Shown here: positions 45,474 to 58,419 of the stretch, in pieces
How positions within the stretch are numbered: position 1 is the first letter of the stretch
Layout of the letters: each line of letters starts with the position of its first letter
Position numbers and translations under genes: made by a program
Source of the DNA: the human T2T-CHM13v2.0 reference genome, Homo sapiens
Length of the DNA stretch: 64,000 nt
Direction: 5' to 3' (one strand)
NCBI RefSeq assembly: GCF_009914755.1
Contig: NC_060929.1
The notes under the pieces: generated by a model
What the model saw: only the letters and a program-made list of their open reading frames with translations
Database searches by the model: none
Told to the model about the DNA's origin: nothing

Positions 45474-47143
45474 TGTGTCCGGAATTGGTGGGTTCTTGGT
45501 CTCACTGACTTCAAGAATGAAGCCGCGGACCCTCGCGATGAGTGTTATAGCGCTTAAGGTGGCGCGTCGGGGGTCTGTCCCTTCTGATGTTCAGATGTGT
45601 TCGGAGTTTCTTCCTTCTGGTGGGTTCGTGGTCTCGCTGGCTCAGGAGTGAAGCTGCAGACCTTCGCGGGGAGTGTTACAGCTCTTAAGGCAGCACGTCT
45701 GGAGTTGTTCATTCCTCCCAGTGGGCTCGTGGTCTCGCTGGGCTCAGGAGTGAAGCTGCAGATCTTCCCGGTGAGTGGTACAGCTCATAAAAGCAGTGTG
45801 GACCCAAAGAGTGAGCAGTAGCAAGATTTATTGCAAAGAGCGAAAGAACAAAGCTTCCACAGTGTGGAAGGGGACCCAAGCGGGTTGCCAGTGCTGGCTC
45901 GGGCAGCCTGCTTTTATTCTCTTATCTGGCCCCACCCACATCCTGCTGATTGGTAGAGCCCAGTGGCCTGTTTTGTCAGGGCGCTGATTGGTGCATTTAC
46001 AATCCCTGAGCTAGATACAAAGGTTCTCCACGTCCCCATCAGATTAGTTAGATACAGAGTTTCGACACACAGATTCTCCAAGGCCCCACCAGAGCAGCTA
46101 GACACAGAGTGTCGATTGGTGCATTCACAAACCTTGAGCTAAACACAGGGTGCTGATTGGTGTGTTTACAAACCTTGAGCTAGATACAAATTGCCGATTG
46201 GTGTATTTACAATCCCTGAGCTAGACATAAAGGTTCTCCACGTCCCCACCAGAGCAGCTAGATGCTGAGTGTCGATTGGTGCACTCACAAACCTTGAGCT
46301 AAACACAGGGTGCTGATTGGTGTATTTACAATCCCTGAGCTAGACATAAAAGTTCTCCAAGGCCCCACCAGAGCAGCTAGATACAGAGTGTCCATTGGTG
46401 CACTCACAAACCTTGAGCTAAACACAGGGTGCTGATTGGTGTATTTATAATCCCTGAGCTAGATATGAAGATTCTCCAAGTCCCCACCAGACTCAGGAGC
46501 CCAGCTGGCTTCACCTAGTGGATCCCGCACAGGGGCTGCAGGTGCAGCTGCCTGCCAGTCCTGTGTCGTGCGCTCGCATTCCTCAGCCCTTGGGTGGTCG
46601 ATGGGACTGGGCGCTGTGGAGCAGGGGGTGGTGCTCGCTGGGGAGGCTCGGGCCGCACAGGAGCCCATGGAGTGGGTGGGAGGCTCAGGCATGGCGGGCT
46701 GCAGGTCCGGAGCCCTGCCCCGCGGGAAGGCAGCTAAGGCTGGGTGAGAAATCGAGCGCAGCGCTAGTGGGCTGGCACTGCTGGGGGACCCAGTACACCC
46801 TCCGCAGCCACTGGCCCGGGTGCTAAGTCCCTCATTGCCCGGGGCCAGCAGGGCTGGCCGGCTGCTCCCAGTGCGGGGCCCGCCAAGCCCACGCCCACCC
46901 GGAACTCCAGCTGGCCCGCAAGCGCCGCAGGCAGCCCCGGTTCCCGCTCACGCCTCTCCCTCCACACCTCCCTGCAAGCTGAGGGAGTGGGCTCCAGCCT
47001 TGGCCAGCCCAGAAAAGGGCTCCCACAGTGCAGTGGGGGGGGCTGAAGGGCTCCTCAAATGCCACCAAAGTGGGAGCCCAAGCAGGGGAAGTGCCGAGAG
47101 CAAGTGAGGGCTCTGAGGACTGCCAGCATGCTGTCACCTCTCA
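45474..47143 (-). mobile_element. LTR12C (ERV9) solo LTR
   Basis: Termini tgtgtccggaattggtggg ... gctgtcacctctca; 4-bp TSD cata 45470-45473 / 47144-47147; U5 repeats, U3 CCAAT tandem array, CpG-rich 5' part. Confidence 0.96.
45905..46500 (-). promoter_or_regulatory. LTR12C U3 promoter/enhancer: NF-Y CCAAT array, GC box, GATA, TATA-like AATAAA
   Basis: Nine attgg (CCAAT on minus) between 45949 and 46439; minus strand gggtggggccagataagagaataaaag at 45911-45937. Confidence 0.75.
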
Positions 47144-48107
47144 CATATGTATATGCCATAATCTCAAAAAAACTGAATATTGATGATTATGGAATAGAAG
47201 CATATTGCCGATAAGCGCATTTCATTTACAAAGCTTTTATTACAAAGGTTGCTAATTTACATTAAAAATGTCTGATACAAATTTTTTGATAACACACTTG
47301 GAATCTTTGCAGGCGCTTGCAAATAAATACATGCTGTCCTGATTTACCAACAGCTATGTTCCAATCATCCATTCATAAGGAGCTCTTTGAATGTTAATGA
47401 ACCTTATTATAAACAGAATATTCACATTATAGATTAAATCTGTATTACTGAAATTCAGGTATGCTGCTAAAATGACATTTATTGTCTTTCTGAGGAATCA
47501 AGATATTGTTTTATTATACTGATTTTATTGGAATACATCAGAAATTTCAATTTGTCCTGTAAGAAACTGAGACCTTATTCATACTCTGTACCTTTTCTAG
47601 TGTAGTGAAACTGGACTATAGGAATTTCTCTCATTTCTTTCTTAGAATGTGTATTCCACATAACATTCCAAATTTTTCATTTTTATTCATGGAAATCCCA
47701 AGAAATTGTCTACATATTTTTTAGAGTGAACATCACACCTTAAACAGAAAATAAAGCCAAAGAGACTGAGAATTTATGCCACTCTTAAGGGCCATAAATA
47801 GAGACAGGCAAAGCAGCCTAAGGCTGTCACAGGTATTACTATCAAGGCTGAAAGCCATCCGAGGCTGTAATAATTAACAATGAATCACAAAATCAAATTT
47901 AGAAAATTCAGAATACTCAGAAGCATGCATGTTTGACCAGCCATTCAATTTTTATTGTCTCTTGGATGTTCATTTAGTTATTCAGTCACTCAGCAATTAT
48001 TTATTATGATGTCCCAGCCAAAGTGTACTATCGAGTACCATAAGGAGATGAGCATAAATCAGACGAGGACACCTATAATGAAGACTGTGTCAACGATGGG
48101 GAGATTA

Positions 48108-48362
48108 GGCTGGGCATGGTGGCTCATGCCTATAATCTCAGCACTTTTGGAGGCTGAAGTGGGAGGATCACTTGAGCAGGTGTTGAAGACCGGTCTGGGC
48201 AACAAAGTCCAGACCCCTTCTCTAGAAAAACATTTTTTTTTAGTAAGCTGGGCTTGGTGGCATGTGCTTGTAATCAAACTATTTGGAAGGCTAGGGGATT
48301 GAGGCTGCAGTAAGCCATGGTCACATCACTAACTCTATCTCTTTAGAAAAATAAAATAAAAT
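48108..48362 (+). mobile_element. AluJ with internal deletions in the right arm
   Basis: ggctgggcatggtggctcatgcctataatc..gtgggaggatcacttgagc..gaggctgcagtaagccatg plus A-rich tail. Confidence 0.85.
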
Positions 48363-48979
48363 ATACGGACATTGGGATGGAAAGGTAAAGAAAGAGTATA
48401 GTATATGCAAATCATGAGGAAAATTTTGTCAAAATACACATAGTTTCCTCCTAGTCTACCAGCAATCCTGTTATAACCTCTGGAGACAGACACTAAGCAT
48501 GTGTATTTATAATAATTTCTGACAACAATTCCTGCCTCACTCCTTCCAGAAGCACTATCTATGAGAGCTAAAATAGTGTCCATCACATAGTAAGTGTTCA
48601 ATATTGAATTTAAAATATTAATATGTTGTTTGTGCCTTTTAAGCAGTTTTGAAACAGGGTTGTTCAAGGTTGTTCTTCTGTTTATATTCTCAGCTAATCC
48701 TACTTTTCAATTTAAGCAAGAGTAAGTATTCATTTTATACTATTTTTAAATATTAACAAAATATATATAAACAACAGAAAAGTTAACTCAAGGCTTGGAT
48801 TAGCTTGTTTGCAAAAAGAAAAGAGCTTCATAAAGTTTTTACAATTAATAAACATGAATAAAAGAAGAAAATGACATTGAGAGAGTAAATAATAAATGAA
48901 GAGCAGGAGGAACGTGAGTATCCAGAGAAATAAAACCTTGGCATCCCGAAGAAAGATATTATTAGAAAAGGAAGAGAAT

Positions 48980-49333
48980 TGCTATAGAATGAATGCATGT
49001 GTCTTCTCAAAATTCATGGGTTGAAATCCTAACCCTCAATGAGATGGATTTAGGAGGTGGGGTCTTTAGGAGGTGATTAGCCATGAGGTGGGAGACTTCA
49101 TGAATGGGACTAGTGCCCTTAAAAAAGAGAACTTGGAGAACTCCCTCCGCCCATTCTCCATGAGAAGACACAAGGAGAAGAACCAGGAAGAGTGCTCTCA
49201 CCAAACAGTAGATGTGTCCAGTGCCTTGATCTAGGGTTTTCCAGACTCTAGAACAGTAATGCTTAAATTTTTGTTGTCCATAAGCCACTCAATATATGGT
49301 ATTCTCTTATAGTGGTTTGACTGGACTAAGACA
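48980..49333 (+). mobile_element. MLT1A0-like MaLR solo LTR
   Basis: tgctatagaatgaatg..gttgaaatcctaaccctcaat..ggaggtggggtctttaggaggtgattag..ggactaagaca. Confidence 0.88.
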
Positions 49334-51414
49334 GGAGGAAAGAATCAATGTAATGCATTACTTCTTTTATACAGTAAAAGTTCTTGAAATCTAAGAGTGG
49401 CCTAGGCCACAGAGTTCAAATTTTCCTATTATTCAACACGCATATATTAAGTTAGGGAGAAAGCAGAAGAACATAATCAATGCGTAATGGTTAGGAATCC
49501 TGGTGAGGTTACAATTTTAACACAATGTTCATGGAATATTTTCTATGAAGGAGAAACCTGAGTAAAGACCTGAAGAAAGAGATATTTAACAACATCAACT
49601 GTTAGTCAATGATCAAATAATAATCTATTATTAAATATGACTTTCATATTCACCATCAGCAGCAAGCAAAGACATATTAGTGATTAAATATTAGCAGGCT
49701 CATCCTTTCTGTGCTTATTGCGAGGTAACGGAGGAAGAGTTGAAGAGCAGATGAGAGTGCAAGAAGAGATTAAAGATGATAGAAATAAAACAAAAAATAA
49801 AACTACAGCTGTGAATCTCTACATATCAATACATATTGGTTCTTGAAATATGTATTATTTTTGCAAATATTTGAGTCAGTCTACTACACAAATAATGCAA
49901 ACTCATATAACATGTAGAATTTTGAGAACACACTTCTTGGTTATTCTGAAATTTCATGAAGATTATGATAATCTTATAAGGTAGAATATGGGAGAGAAGA
50001 TAAAATACAGTACTATTTTAAAGATAGGAGAAAGAAGCCTCTGAATTTGCAACTTCAATTTAAATAATAGCTAACCATTATTATTTGTAATTTATCCCTT
50101 TTAATATTCTTTAAAGTTTTTCCATATGCATGTATTATATTTGAAAATAATTTTGATCATCTGAGAAATTTATATGTAAAGAACAGTAAACCATTGTGCA
50201 AAGTAGGAGATCATATAGGGCTCTGTCAATTAAAACCTTCCATCTTACACTTTTATTCCTCTGTCTACCTGGCCAGTGACATTGTGGAGTATAATCCTTT
50301 TTATTATCCTTTCACAGATAGGCAAAACGTATGTATATATCACTTTGCTATGCAGATATTCCATACTATGGACTCTGTTCTGTACCTTTTATTACTTAAT
50401 ATATGTCAAAAAAATTATATGCCAATATGAAGAGACCTCATTTGAATGTCTGCAAAATATTATATCAATTATATGGATTTTACATATGAATTGTAGTTTT
50501 AAAATTGAATTCCATACTTGGTTTTGCAAAGAACCAAGTGTTAATACTGGAAAAATGTGGGTAATGAATAATCTCAAGTCTGCTAATAAACATGAGGCCT
50601 CTAAAAGAACTTGTAGCATATTTTTATGTTTCCCCTGATAAATATGCAAGATGCAGTTAAAATTAAGCCCACTCTTCCATCCTGATTCCTGCATGAACAA
50701 TGTACTTTATACAAAGGTTTGCTCAGCTGACAACTCAGATTTATAGAAAACTAACAAAAAGAAACAAGTTCCAAGCAGCCCAGTTTTGTTTCCAGCTCAC
50801 AGTGCTCTTTAGTCATGCTTGGTTCTATGAGCCTCACAGAGAAAAGCCTCCACAGTGGCTTTATTCAGCCTTTTTATCAGACCCCATACAACACTGAGCA
50901 ATGGGTGATGCAGTAATCTTCATTCTTCAATACCCATGAGAAAGCTAGAGTTTTAATCTTCTCTTTCATGAAGCACCCAAGTGTGTTTCTTTCGGCATAT
51001 CGATCTTCTCTTCTCTCTCTCAGTGTGGCTTTCTGTTCTGTTCCCTACCCGTAAATTCAATATCAAAAAAGAGAAAAGAAGTCAATTTGAGAATATGAAC
51101 TAGATATCTGTGTTATTTTTAAAACCTAAATTGTATTTCTGTCAGTATATTTGCCAAATTATGGTTAATGTATACGGTGTTCCCAAACACTCATGGTTAA
51201 CAAATGTCTGTTGCACTCTGGAGAAAATAAAAAACAAAGACTTTCTTACTTCACATAATCCACGGGAGCAACAAAATTCTCTCCCAAGGAATATACTAAA
51301 CATTTTACAAATTCTTCACCAAAATTAGCCTCTAGGATTTTTGAAAACGGGTATATGTTCTTATAATTTGTACACTGATATGTCATTAAAATTAACAACT
51401 TGTTTTGATAGTCC

Positions 51415-52833
51415 TTTCCTTTGTTTGTTTGGTTTTTTTTATTATTATTATACATTAAGTTCTGGGATACATGTGCAGAATGTGCAGATTTGTTACATAG
51501 GTATACACGTGCCATGTTGGTATGCTGCACCCTTTAGCCCGTCATCTACATTAGGTATTTTTCCTAATGTTCTCCCTCCCCTAGCCCCCCAGCCCCCGAC
51601 AAGCCCCAGTGTATGATGTTCCCCTCCCTGTGTCCATATGTTCTCATTGTTTAGTTCCCACTTATGAGTGAGAACATGTGGTGTTTGGTTTTCTCTTCCT
51701 GTGTTAGTTTGCTGAGAATGATGGTTTCCAGCATCATCCATGTCCCTGCAAAGGACATGAACTCATCATTTTTATGGCTGCATAGTATTCCATGGTGTAC
51801 ATGTGCCACATTTTCTTTATCCAATCTATCATGGATGGGCATTTGGGTTGGTTCCAAGTCTTTGCTATTGTGAACAGTGCTGCAATAAACATACGTGTGC
51901 ATGTGACTTTATAGTAGAGTGATTTATAATCCTTTGGGTATGTACACAGTAATGAGATTGCTGGTCAAATGGTATTTCTTATTCTAGATCCATGAGTAAT
52001 CGCCACACTGTCTTCCACAATGGTTGAACTAATTTACACTCCCACCAACAGTGTAAAAGTGTTCCTATTTCTCCACATTCTCTCCAGCATCTGTTGTTTC
52101 CTGAGTTTTTAATGATAGCCATTCTAACTGGCATGAGATGATATCTCATTGTTGTTTTGATTTGCATTTCTCTAATGACCAGTGATGATGAGCATTTTTT
52201 TTTATATGTTTGTTGGCCGCATAGATGTCTTCTTTCGAGAAGTGTCTGTCAATCTCCTTCTCTCATTTTTTGAGGGGCTCATTTGTTTTTTCTTGTAAAT
52301 GTGTTTAAGTTCTTTGTAGATTCTGGATGTTACCCCTTTGTCAGATGGATAGATTTCAAAATTTTTCTCCCATTCTGTAGGTTGCCTGTTCACTCTGATG
52401 ATAATTTCTTTTCCTAAGCAGAAGCTCTTTAGTTTAATTAGATCCCATTTGTCAATTTTGGCTTTTGTTGTCATTGCTTTTAGTGTTTTCGTCATGAAGT
52501 CTTTGCCTATGCCTATGTCCTGAATGGTATTGCCTAGGTTTTCTTCTAGGGTTTTTATGGTTTTAGGTCTTATGTCTAAGTCTTTAATCCATCTTGAGTT
52601 AATTTTTGTATAAGGTGTAAGGAAGGGGTCCAGTTTAAGTTTTCTGCATATGGCTAGCCAGTTTTCCCAACACCATTTATTAAATAGGGAATCCTTTCCC
52701 CATTGCTTGTTTGTGTCGGGTTTGTCAAAGATCAGATGCTTGTAGATTTGTGGCCCTATTTCTGAGGCTTCTGTTCTCTTTCATTGGTCTATATATCTGT
52801 TTTAGTACCAGTACCATGCTGTTTTGGTTACTG
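51415..52833 (-). mobile_element. L1PA7/8-like LINE-1, 1.4 kb 3' fragment
   Basis: ORF2 C-terminal ORFs 52202-52495, 51979-52167, 51651-51902; 3' UTR ttaagttctgggatacatgtgcagaa; near-TSD tgatagtcc 51406-51414 / tgacagtcc 52832-52840. Confidence 0.92.
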
Positions 52834-53306
52834 ACAGTCCAATTTTAAGGACTGCCAAAAAATGTTTAAGGATATCTGATAGGATTAAAGATGAGGTAAA
52901 GATATTTTGCCTCTGGGATTGCAACATTTTATTCATTGAAATGTTATGTTTTACTTGAACATGTAAACCCAAACCACCCCAAGCATATGCAAGGTTGTTG
53001 TTTTCAGTAATCTCTTGAATTAGATTGATGCACTACTTGTCATAAATGGTTAACAAGTCCACGCATGTCACACATGTCCTCTTCTGAGTAGTTTCCAGCC
53101 TAGAAAGGAAAACAAAATCTTGGAAAAAAAAAAAAAAAGTCTTTTTTCTTTAACACAGACCATTCATTCAGGCCCTTCCAGGCCCTGGTATAATGGAATC
53201 AAAGATTATTTATCTTATTCCAACCTCCACACAAATTGATCCTTGCCCTGAATAATATCGTTTTTTCTCTTCTGGTGATTCAAGGCATGCTTTAAGTCAG
53301 ACCTAG

Positions 53307-53496
53307 CAAGTTTCTGGAAGCTTACTGAGGACTTTCATGAGAATAAAAAATTTCTGATGACTAAATTCTTATGGAGAGAGGGTGGTAGTTCTCACACTTA
53401 CATTCTTCCCATGACCCCATCAAGTTTTCACGTGAAAGTCTAAGAAAGAGCTCCACTCGACCCAGGCAGAGTAGAGGGAGAATAACCATTTTGAAA
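53307..53496 (+). repeat. Dispersed direct copy of 54931-55121
   Basis: Collinear about 190-bp match including identical gactttcatgagaataaaaaatttctgat and ctaaattcttatggagagagggtg. Confidence 0.9.
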
Positions 53497-53619
53497 TAAA
53501 GACCTCTTTCCTCAAGCAAACCTTTTTTGACAATTCTAGTCATGAAAGCCTCTTTTTATTATTCATTCTCTAAACTCATTTTGAACTTCATGTTTATCTC
53601 AAGCAATTTGATAATGTAT

Positions 53620-53765
53620 TACTAAATTTTCTGAATTGTACTTTTTTCTTCAAAATACTGTGTTTTATTGGAATACAGGAACCATATTTTGTTTTCCAAT
53701 ATAAAGTGACTACCACAATTCTAGTCACATAGTAAGAACTCAGTAAATTCCTGTTAATTTGATAG
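53620..53765 (+). mobile_element. L2 3' end remnant
   Basis: caggaaccatattttgtt..gtcacatagtaagaactcagtaaattcctgttaat. Confidence 0.55.
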
Positions 53766-54559
53766 CTTTAAAGTGAGTGAAGAATGGTGACTTCATTATT
53801 AATATCTTATCGATCAAGGACCAAATACTACTTTAAAAATTCTAATTTCATCTTTAAGTAGAACACCTACCCAAGAATCCTGCTATGTATTAAAAAATCT
53901 ATGTTTTATAAATAATTATAGATGAAGTTGTAGATAAATGGCTTTGTGCTCCGTTATTCTGGGAAATACTTAACATTTTCAAATAAAGCAATTTACTTTT
54001 CCAATGCATAATAGGCTTTTTAAAAACTACTGCCAAATATTGTTTACATTATACTGCTTTGTTCCCAGGAAAAGCTGATGTTTAACTAGAAGCAAATATA
54101 TCCCACTTGGTCTCTGTTAGTGGCTCTTAACCCAAATATGTTCATTTGATTCCCTGAACAGAATTAAGCTGATGTGATACTCTACAGTAAATCAAATGTT
54201 TTAACTGAGTGCTTTCCTTTCTGCTCATATTCTAAAGATTACAATAAATCCAACACTCAGATTAAAAAATGTCTTGATCAGATTCAGAAATCATGCTTTC
54301 TACTCTCTTACCTAGATGATTGCTGCTAAAAAACTCTGGAGAAACATGAAGGCACCTAATAAATTTGTAACAAGTTAATGGCTTAATTTGATGGAACTTT
54401 TTGGCATTTCAGCATATGGATTGTGCACGTCACTTTATTATGCATTCTTACAGCAATCCTTATTTTTGTTATATTTATCATTTTTGTTATCTTTATTTTA
54501 TACAGTATGCATAAAGATGGATTAGATATATTTATAATTACTTATTTAATGACTCTTTT

Positions 54560-54685
54560 CCACATTATAGTCCATAAGGGCCCAATTCATGCTTGTTTTG
54601 TTTACCTTTTTATCTTTAATGATTAAGAATTACCTGCATAAAATAGGTTCTCAACAAATATTTGTTGAAAAATGAATGAAATGAG
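54560..54685 (+). mobile_element. L2 3' end remnant
   Basis: cataaaataggttctcaacaaatatttgttgaaaaatgaatgaa. Confidence 0.6.
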
Positions 54686-54689
54686 AAAT

Positions 54690-55447
54690 TCTGGTGTTAA
54701 CTCCAGTTGTAAAGAACTTAGAAACATAATTGCCATCCTTACAACAAGAAAGTATAGAAACTGAAAGTCAGTGACTTTGTGGGCCCATCAAAAACTGAGA
54801 TCATAAAGCAAATTGCCACTCCACTCTGGAGAGACATGCATATCCAAAAGATGCACATCCAACAAACACCTGCTGAATAGAAGCCACTGAAGCCATAAAC
54901 TGGTAGGAATATTTAATTTGACAAGTTTGACAAGTTTTTGTAAGCTTAATGAAGACTTTCATGAGAATAAAAAATTTCTGATAGCTAAATTCTTATGGAG
55001 AGAGGGTGATGGTGCTCACACTCACATTCCTCCCAGGACTCCATCAGGTTTTCACAGTGAAAGCCTAAGAAAGAGCCCTGCTGGACCCAAACATGGTAGA
55101 AAAAGAATAACCATTTTGAAACACAGGAAGAGACTTATCTATAGCAAAAGGACTTCACCAGAACACAATTCTGAAACCATATCCCAACTAGGGAAAGGGA
55201 ATACCTTCCTACTTCAACTTCCTCCAGCCTTCTTGTCTTACAATGGGGGAAAAATAACATGTAGCAAATTGAGAACAGGGACTCAAAAGAAATAGATTTG
55301 GAATAGCACAGGAAAACAAAAACCAGAGGACTAACAGAAACACTAGTGAAGCCTATAATACCAAAACACAGGCCCACTAAATTATAATAGTATAGAATGT
55401 TCAACCTCACCCATATCAAACCACCCCACCAACAAGCACCAGTATGA
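54690..55447 (+). mobile_element. Ancient L1M 5' UTR (L1MCa/MDa-like)
   Basis: tccagttgtaaagaacttagaa..ccatccttacaacaagaaag..gggcccatcaaaaactgagatc..gcaaattgccac; gaataaccattttgaaa. Confidence 0.6.
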
Positions 55448-55489
55448 TAACATGGTATGTTAGTATTATATATGTTAGTATTATACTAA

Positions 55490-55605
55490 CATATCATGTT
55501 AATGAGAGGAAAATCTGAAAGTGGGATATATGTGAACTTGGTACTATCTTCTGAACCTTTATATAATTCTAAAACTATTCTAAAATACAAGTTTATTGTA
55601 ATTAA
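55490..55605 (+). mobile_element. L1MC/MD-like extreme 3' end
   Basis: tgttaatgagaggaaaatctg..gaacttggtactatcttctgaacc..tctaaaactattctaaaatacaagtttatt. Confidence 0.65.
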
Positions 55606-56024
55606 ACTGACATTACAAAAAAGAATGAAGCAAACACACTAAGTTTATTTGATGCATAAACATAGAAAATTAGAATCCCTCAGGGACAAATACTATTCAC
55701 TATCACACCATAGATATACTAAAACCTGCTAAGTTATTGATGGCTATTAGTTTTTCAGAAATTTTACCTCATCCTTCGCCATGTTTCAGTGATTATAGAA
55801 CTTAATGCTGGTCAAGCTCAGCTTCATCACTCACTAGATGCATAACCTCAGACAAGCCACTGAATGCCTTCATCTTTCCCTGGGTCTTTTATGAGTTGTG
55901 CAATGTAATACTAGTATAACTTTCCGGTATATCTACCCTTCTCTCATCCTTGAAGTCGTCCTGGGAATTTTAGCCTTGTGTTTTGCTGCATTGTTTGTCT
56001 CTCTAATCACATCAGGGAAACTAA

Positions 56025-56830
56025 CAAGTTTATTTTATTTCTCTTGGTAAAATACCTATAATTGCTGTGTTGTATGTTAAGTGTATGTTTAACTTATTAA
56101 GAAACTGCCAAACTGATTTCCAAATTGTTTGTAGCATTTACATTCCCACCAGCACTGCATGAGTGTTTCAGCTGCTCCACAGTCTTCTCCACACTTAATA
56201 TGGTCAGTATATTTAATTGCAGCCATTCTTTTTTTTTTTTTTTTTTTTTTTTGAGATGGAGTCTTGCTCTGTCGCCCAGGCTGGAGTGCAGTGGCGCGAT
56301 ATCTCGGCTCACTGCAGGCTCCGCCTCCCGGGTTCACACCATTCTCCTGCCTCAGCCTCCCGAGCAAGCTGGGACTACAGGCACCTGCCACCACGCACAG
56401 CTAATTTTTTTATATTTTTAGTAGAGACGGGGTTTCACCGTGTTAGCCAGGATGGTCTCGATCTCCTGACCTCGTGATCCGCCGGCCTCGGCTTCCCAAA
56501 GTGCTGGGATTACAGGCGCGAGCCACCGCGCCAGGCCTAAATGTAGCCATTCTTATCGGTGTGTATGTCACTGCATGTCCCTATTGATTAATGTCATTAA
56601 GCATCCTATTATATTAAATCAGCCTTTCTTTCCCAAGATAAATCTCATTAGCTACCATGGATTATTTGTTTTTATATTTTGTTGAACTTGATTTTTTAAA
56701 ATTGTATTAGAATTTTTGCATCTATGTTCATGGTAAATATTAGTCTGTAGTTTTCTTTTCCTGTAATGTCTTTATCAGGTTTTGGTATCAGGGTAATGCT
56801 GCCGTAATGGAATGATCTGAGAACTATCTC
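56025..56830 (-). mobile_element. L1MC/MD-like fragment interrupted by AluY
   Basis: gaaactgccaaactgatttccaa..tttacattcccaccagca; ttttgcatctatgttcatgg..tttggtatcagggtaatgctg. Confidence 0.75.
56231..56537 (-). mobile_element. AluY, CpG-rich, long pure A tail
   Basis: AluY diagnostics (ttcacaccattctcc, ccgtgttagccaggatggtctcgatctcctgacctcgtgatcc); TSD taattgcagccattctt 56214-56230 / taaatgtagccattctt 56538-56554. Confidence 0.95.
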
Positions 56831-57632
56831 TCTTGAGGTAAGAGTTTAAGAAGGGCTAAAGCAACAAATCCCATCAGAATGTTAAAACCATACAATCACA
56901 AATACATCTATTCAAGAAGAAAAACATTTCCAATTATCTTCAGTAGAAGGTTAAAATCCAAGGAAATATTCTGTCAGTTATATCACTACATTACAATATT
57001 ATAACATTTATCAAGTAATTTAACTTTTTAATGCAATAATTATGCTTTATTTTTGTTAACCAATTACATACAAACCGGTAAGTGTAGCATCACACTGTTA
57101 TACAATTAGAGAGGTTTATATAACATTCCTAGGCATTTAAAGTGCAGGGCCCCATTACTGGTGAATCCAAGGTGAGCTCTATTTTGAGTGTTGCAAAAAA
57201 CCCAGATATGAGCCAAAGAAAAACTCTGAAGTTAATTATTTTTTCTTCTGTTAATTTTTCATTCAATGCATTAAACTTCAACTTCCAATAGGAGAGAAAA
57301 AACATCTCCTCATGTGAATCTCTAAAAATATCCTGCAAAATGTCTTGAAAGAAGGTTGTGCTAAATACACGTGGGTTCGAACGGTACTGATGTCCTGCTA
57401 GAAACACTTGTTAAAAGGTTTGTTGAGGAATGTACACATTTTATTCTGTTGCCCTCTCCCTAATCCATGTGCCCAAGAACATGCCTCCTATTCTAATTAG
57501 TCTTCCCATAGAATGTTTTATACTCTGTACTTCCTCTCTTTATACCTTCTACATACAAATATTTTCTCCACTAGATACTGTTTTTAAAAGGAACTTAAAT
57601 TTCACTGTAAGTTAATAATACTTGTTAACAGG

Positions 57633-58255
57633 TAATATGGTTTGGTTGTGTCCCCACTCAAATCTCATCTTCAGTTGTAGTTCCCATAATCCCCGTGTGT
57701 CATGGGAGGGACTCAATGGGATTTAATTGAATCATGGGGGCAGTTACCCTCATGCTGTTCTCATAACAATGAGTGAGCTCTCACGAGATCTGATGGTTTT
57801 ATAAGTGGCTTTTCCCCTTTCTTTGCTCAGCACTCTTCTCTCCTGCCACCATGTGAAGAAGGATGTGTTTGCTTACCCTTACACCATGATTGTAAGTTTC
57901 CTGAGGCTTCCCCAGCCATGCCTAACTGTGAGTCAATTAAACTTCTTTCCTTTATAAATTACCCAGTATTAGGCAGTTCTTTTGTTTTGTTTTGTTTTGT
58001 TTTGAGACAGAGTCTCACTCTGTCACCCAGACTGAAGTGCAGTGGTGTGATCTTGGCTCACTTCAGCTTCCATCTCCTGGGTTCAAGGGATTCTCCTGCC
58101 TCGGTCTCCCAACTAGTAGGGATTACAGGCCTGGGCCACCATGCCCAGCTAATTTTTGTATCTTTAGTGGTGAAGGGGTTTCACTGTGTTGGCCAGGCTA
58201 GTCTCGAACTCCTCTCAGGCAATTCTTTATAGCAGCGTGAGAACAAACTAATACA
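57633..58255 (+). mobile_element. THE1C/D-like MaLR solo LTR interrupted by Alu
   Basis: atatggtttggttgtgtccccactcaaatctcatc ... gaacaaactaataca; 5-bp TSD acagg 57628-57632 / 58256-58260. Confidence 0.92.
57983..58213 (-). mobile_element. 5'-truncated AluS within THE1
   Basis: Right arm and part of left arm; (TTTTG)n tail; TSD aggcagttcttt 57971-57982 / aggcaattcttt 58217-58228. Confidence 0.9.
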
Positions 58256-58419
58256 ACAGGTAAGCTTTTTCTACCCAAAAAAAACTTCGTGAGCTTCTAC
58301 AAATAGATAGTGTTACATCAGCAATAGACAGGAGATATTTGGAGCATTCATATCTTTCTAAATCTAATGAAATTATGTGATTTACTTATATTTACTTATA
58401 AGCTAACTTAACTTATTTA

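Noticed and set aside
45940-46500. Regularly spaced repeats resembling a CRISPR array
   Set aside because: Units are contiguous related tandem repeats of the LTR12C U3 with no unique spacers or cas genes; primate DNA.
46459-47137. Cluster of overlapping GC-rich ORFs / CpG island of a gene
   Set aside because: Entirely within LTR12C; stop-poor because of GC content.
54918-55419. 125-aa and 94-aa ORFs
   Set aside because: Lie in a decayed L1M 5' UTR; no recognisable domain.
57365-57400. gggttcgaac, resembling a tRNA T-loop / Pol III B box
   Set aside because: No A box, cloverleaf or pairing stems visible.
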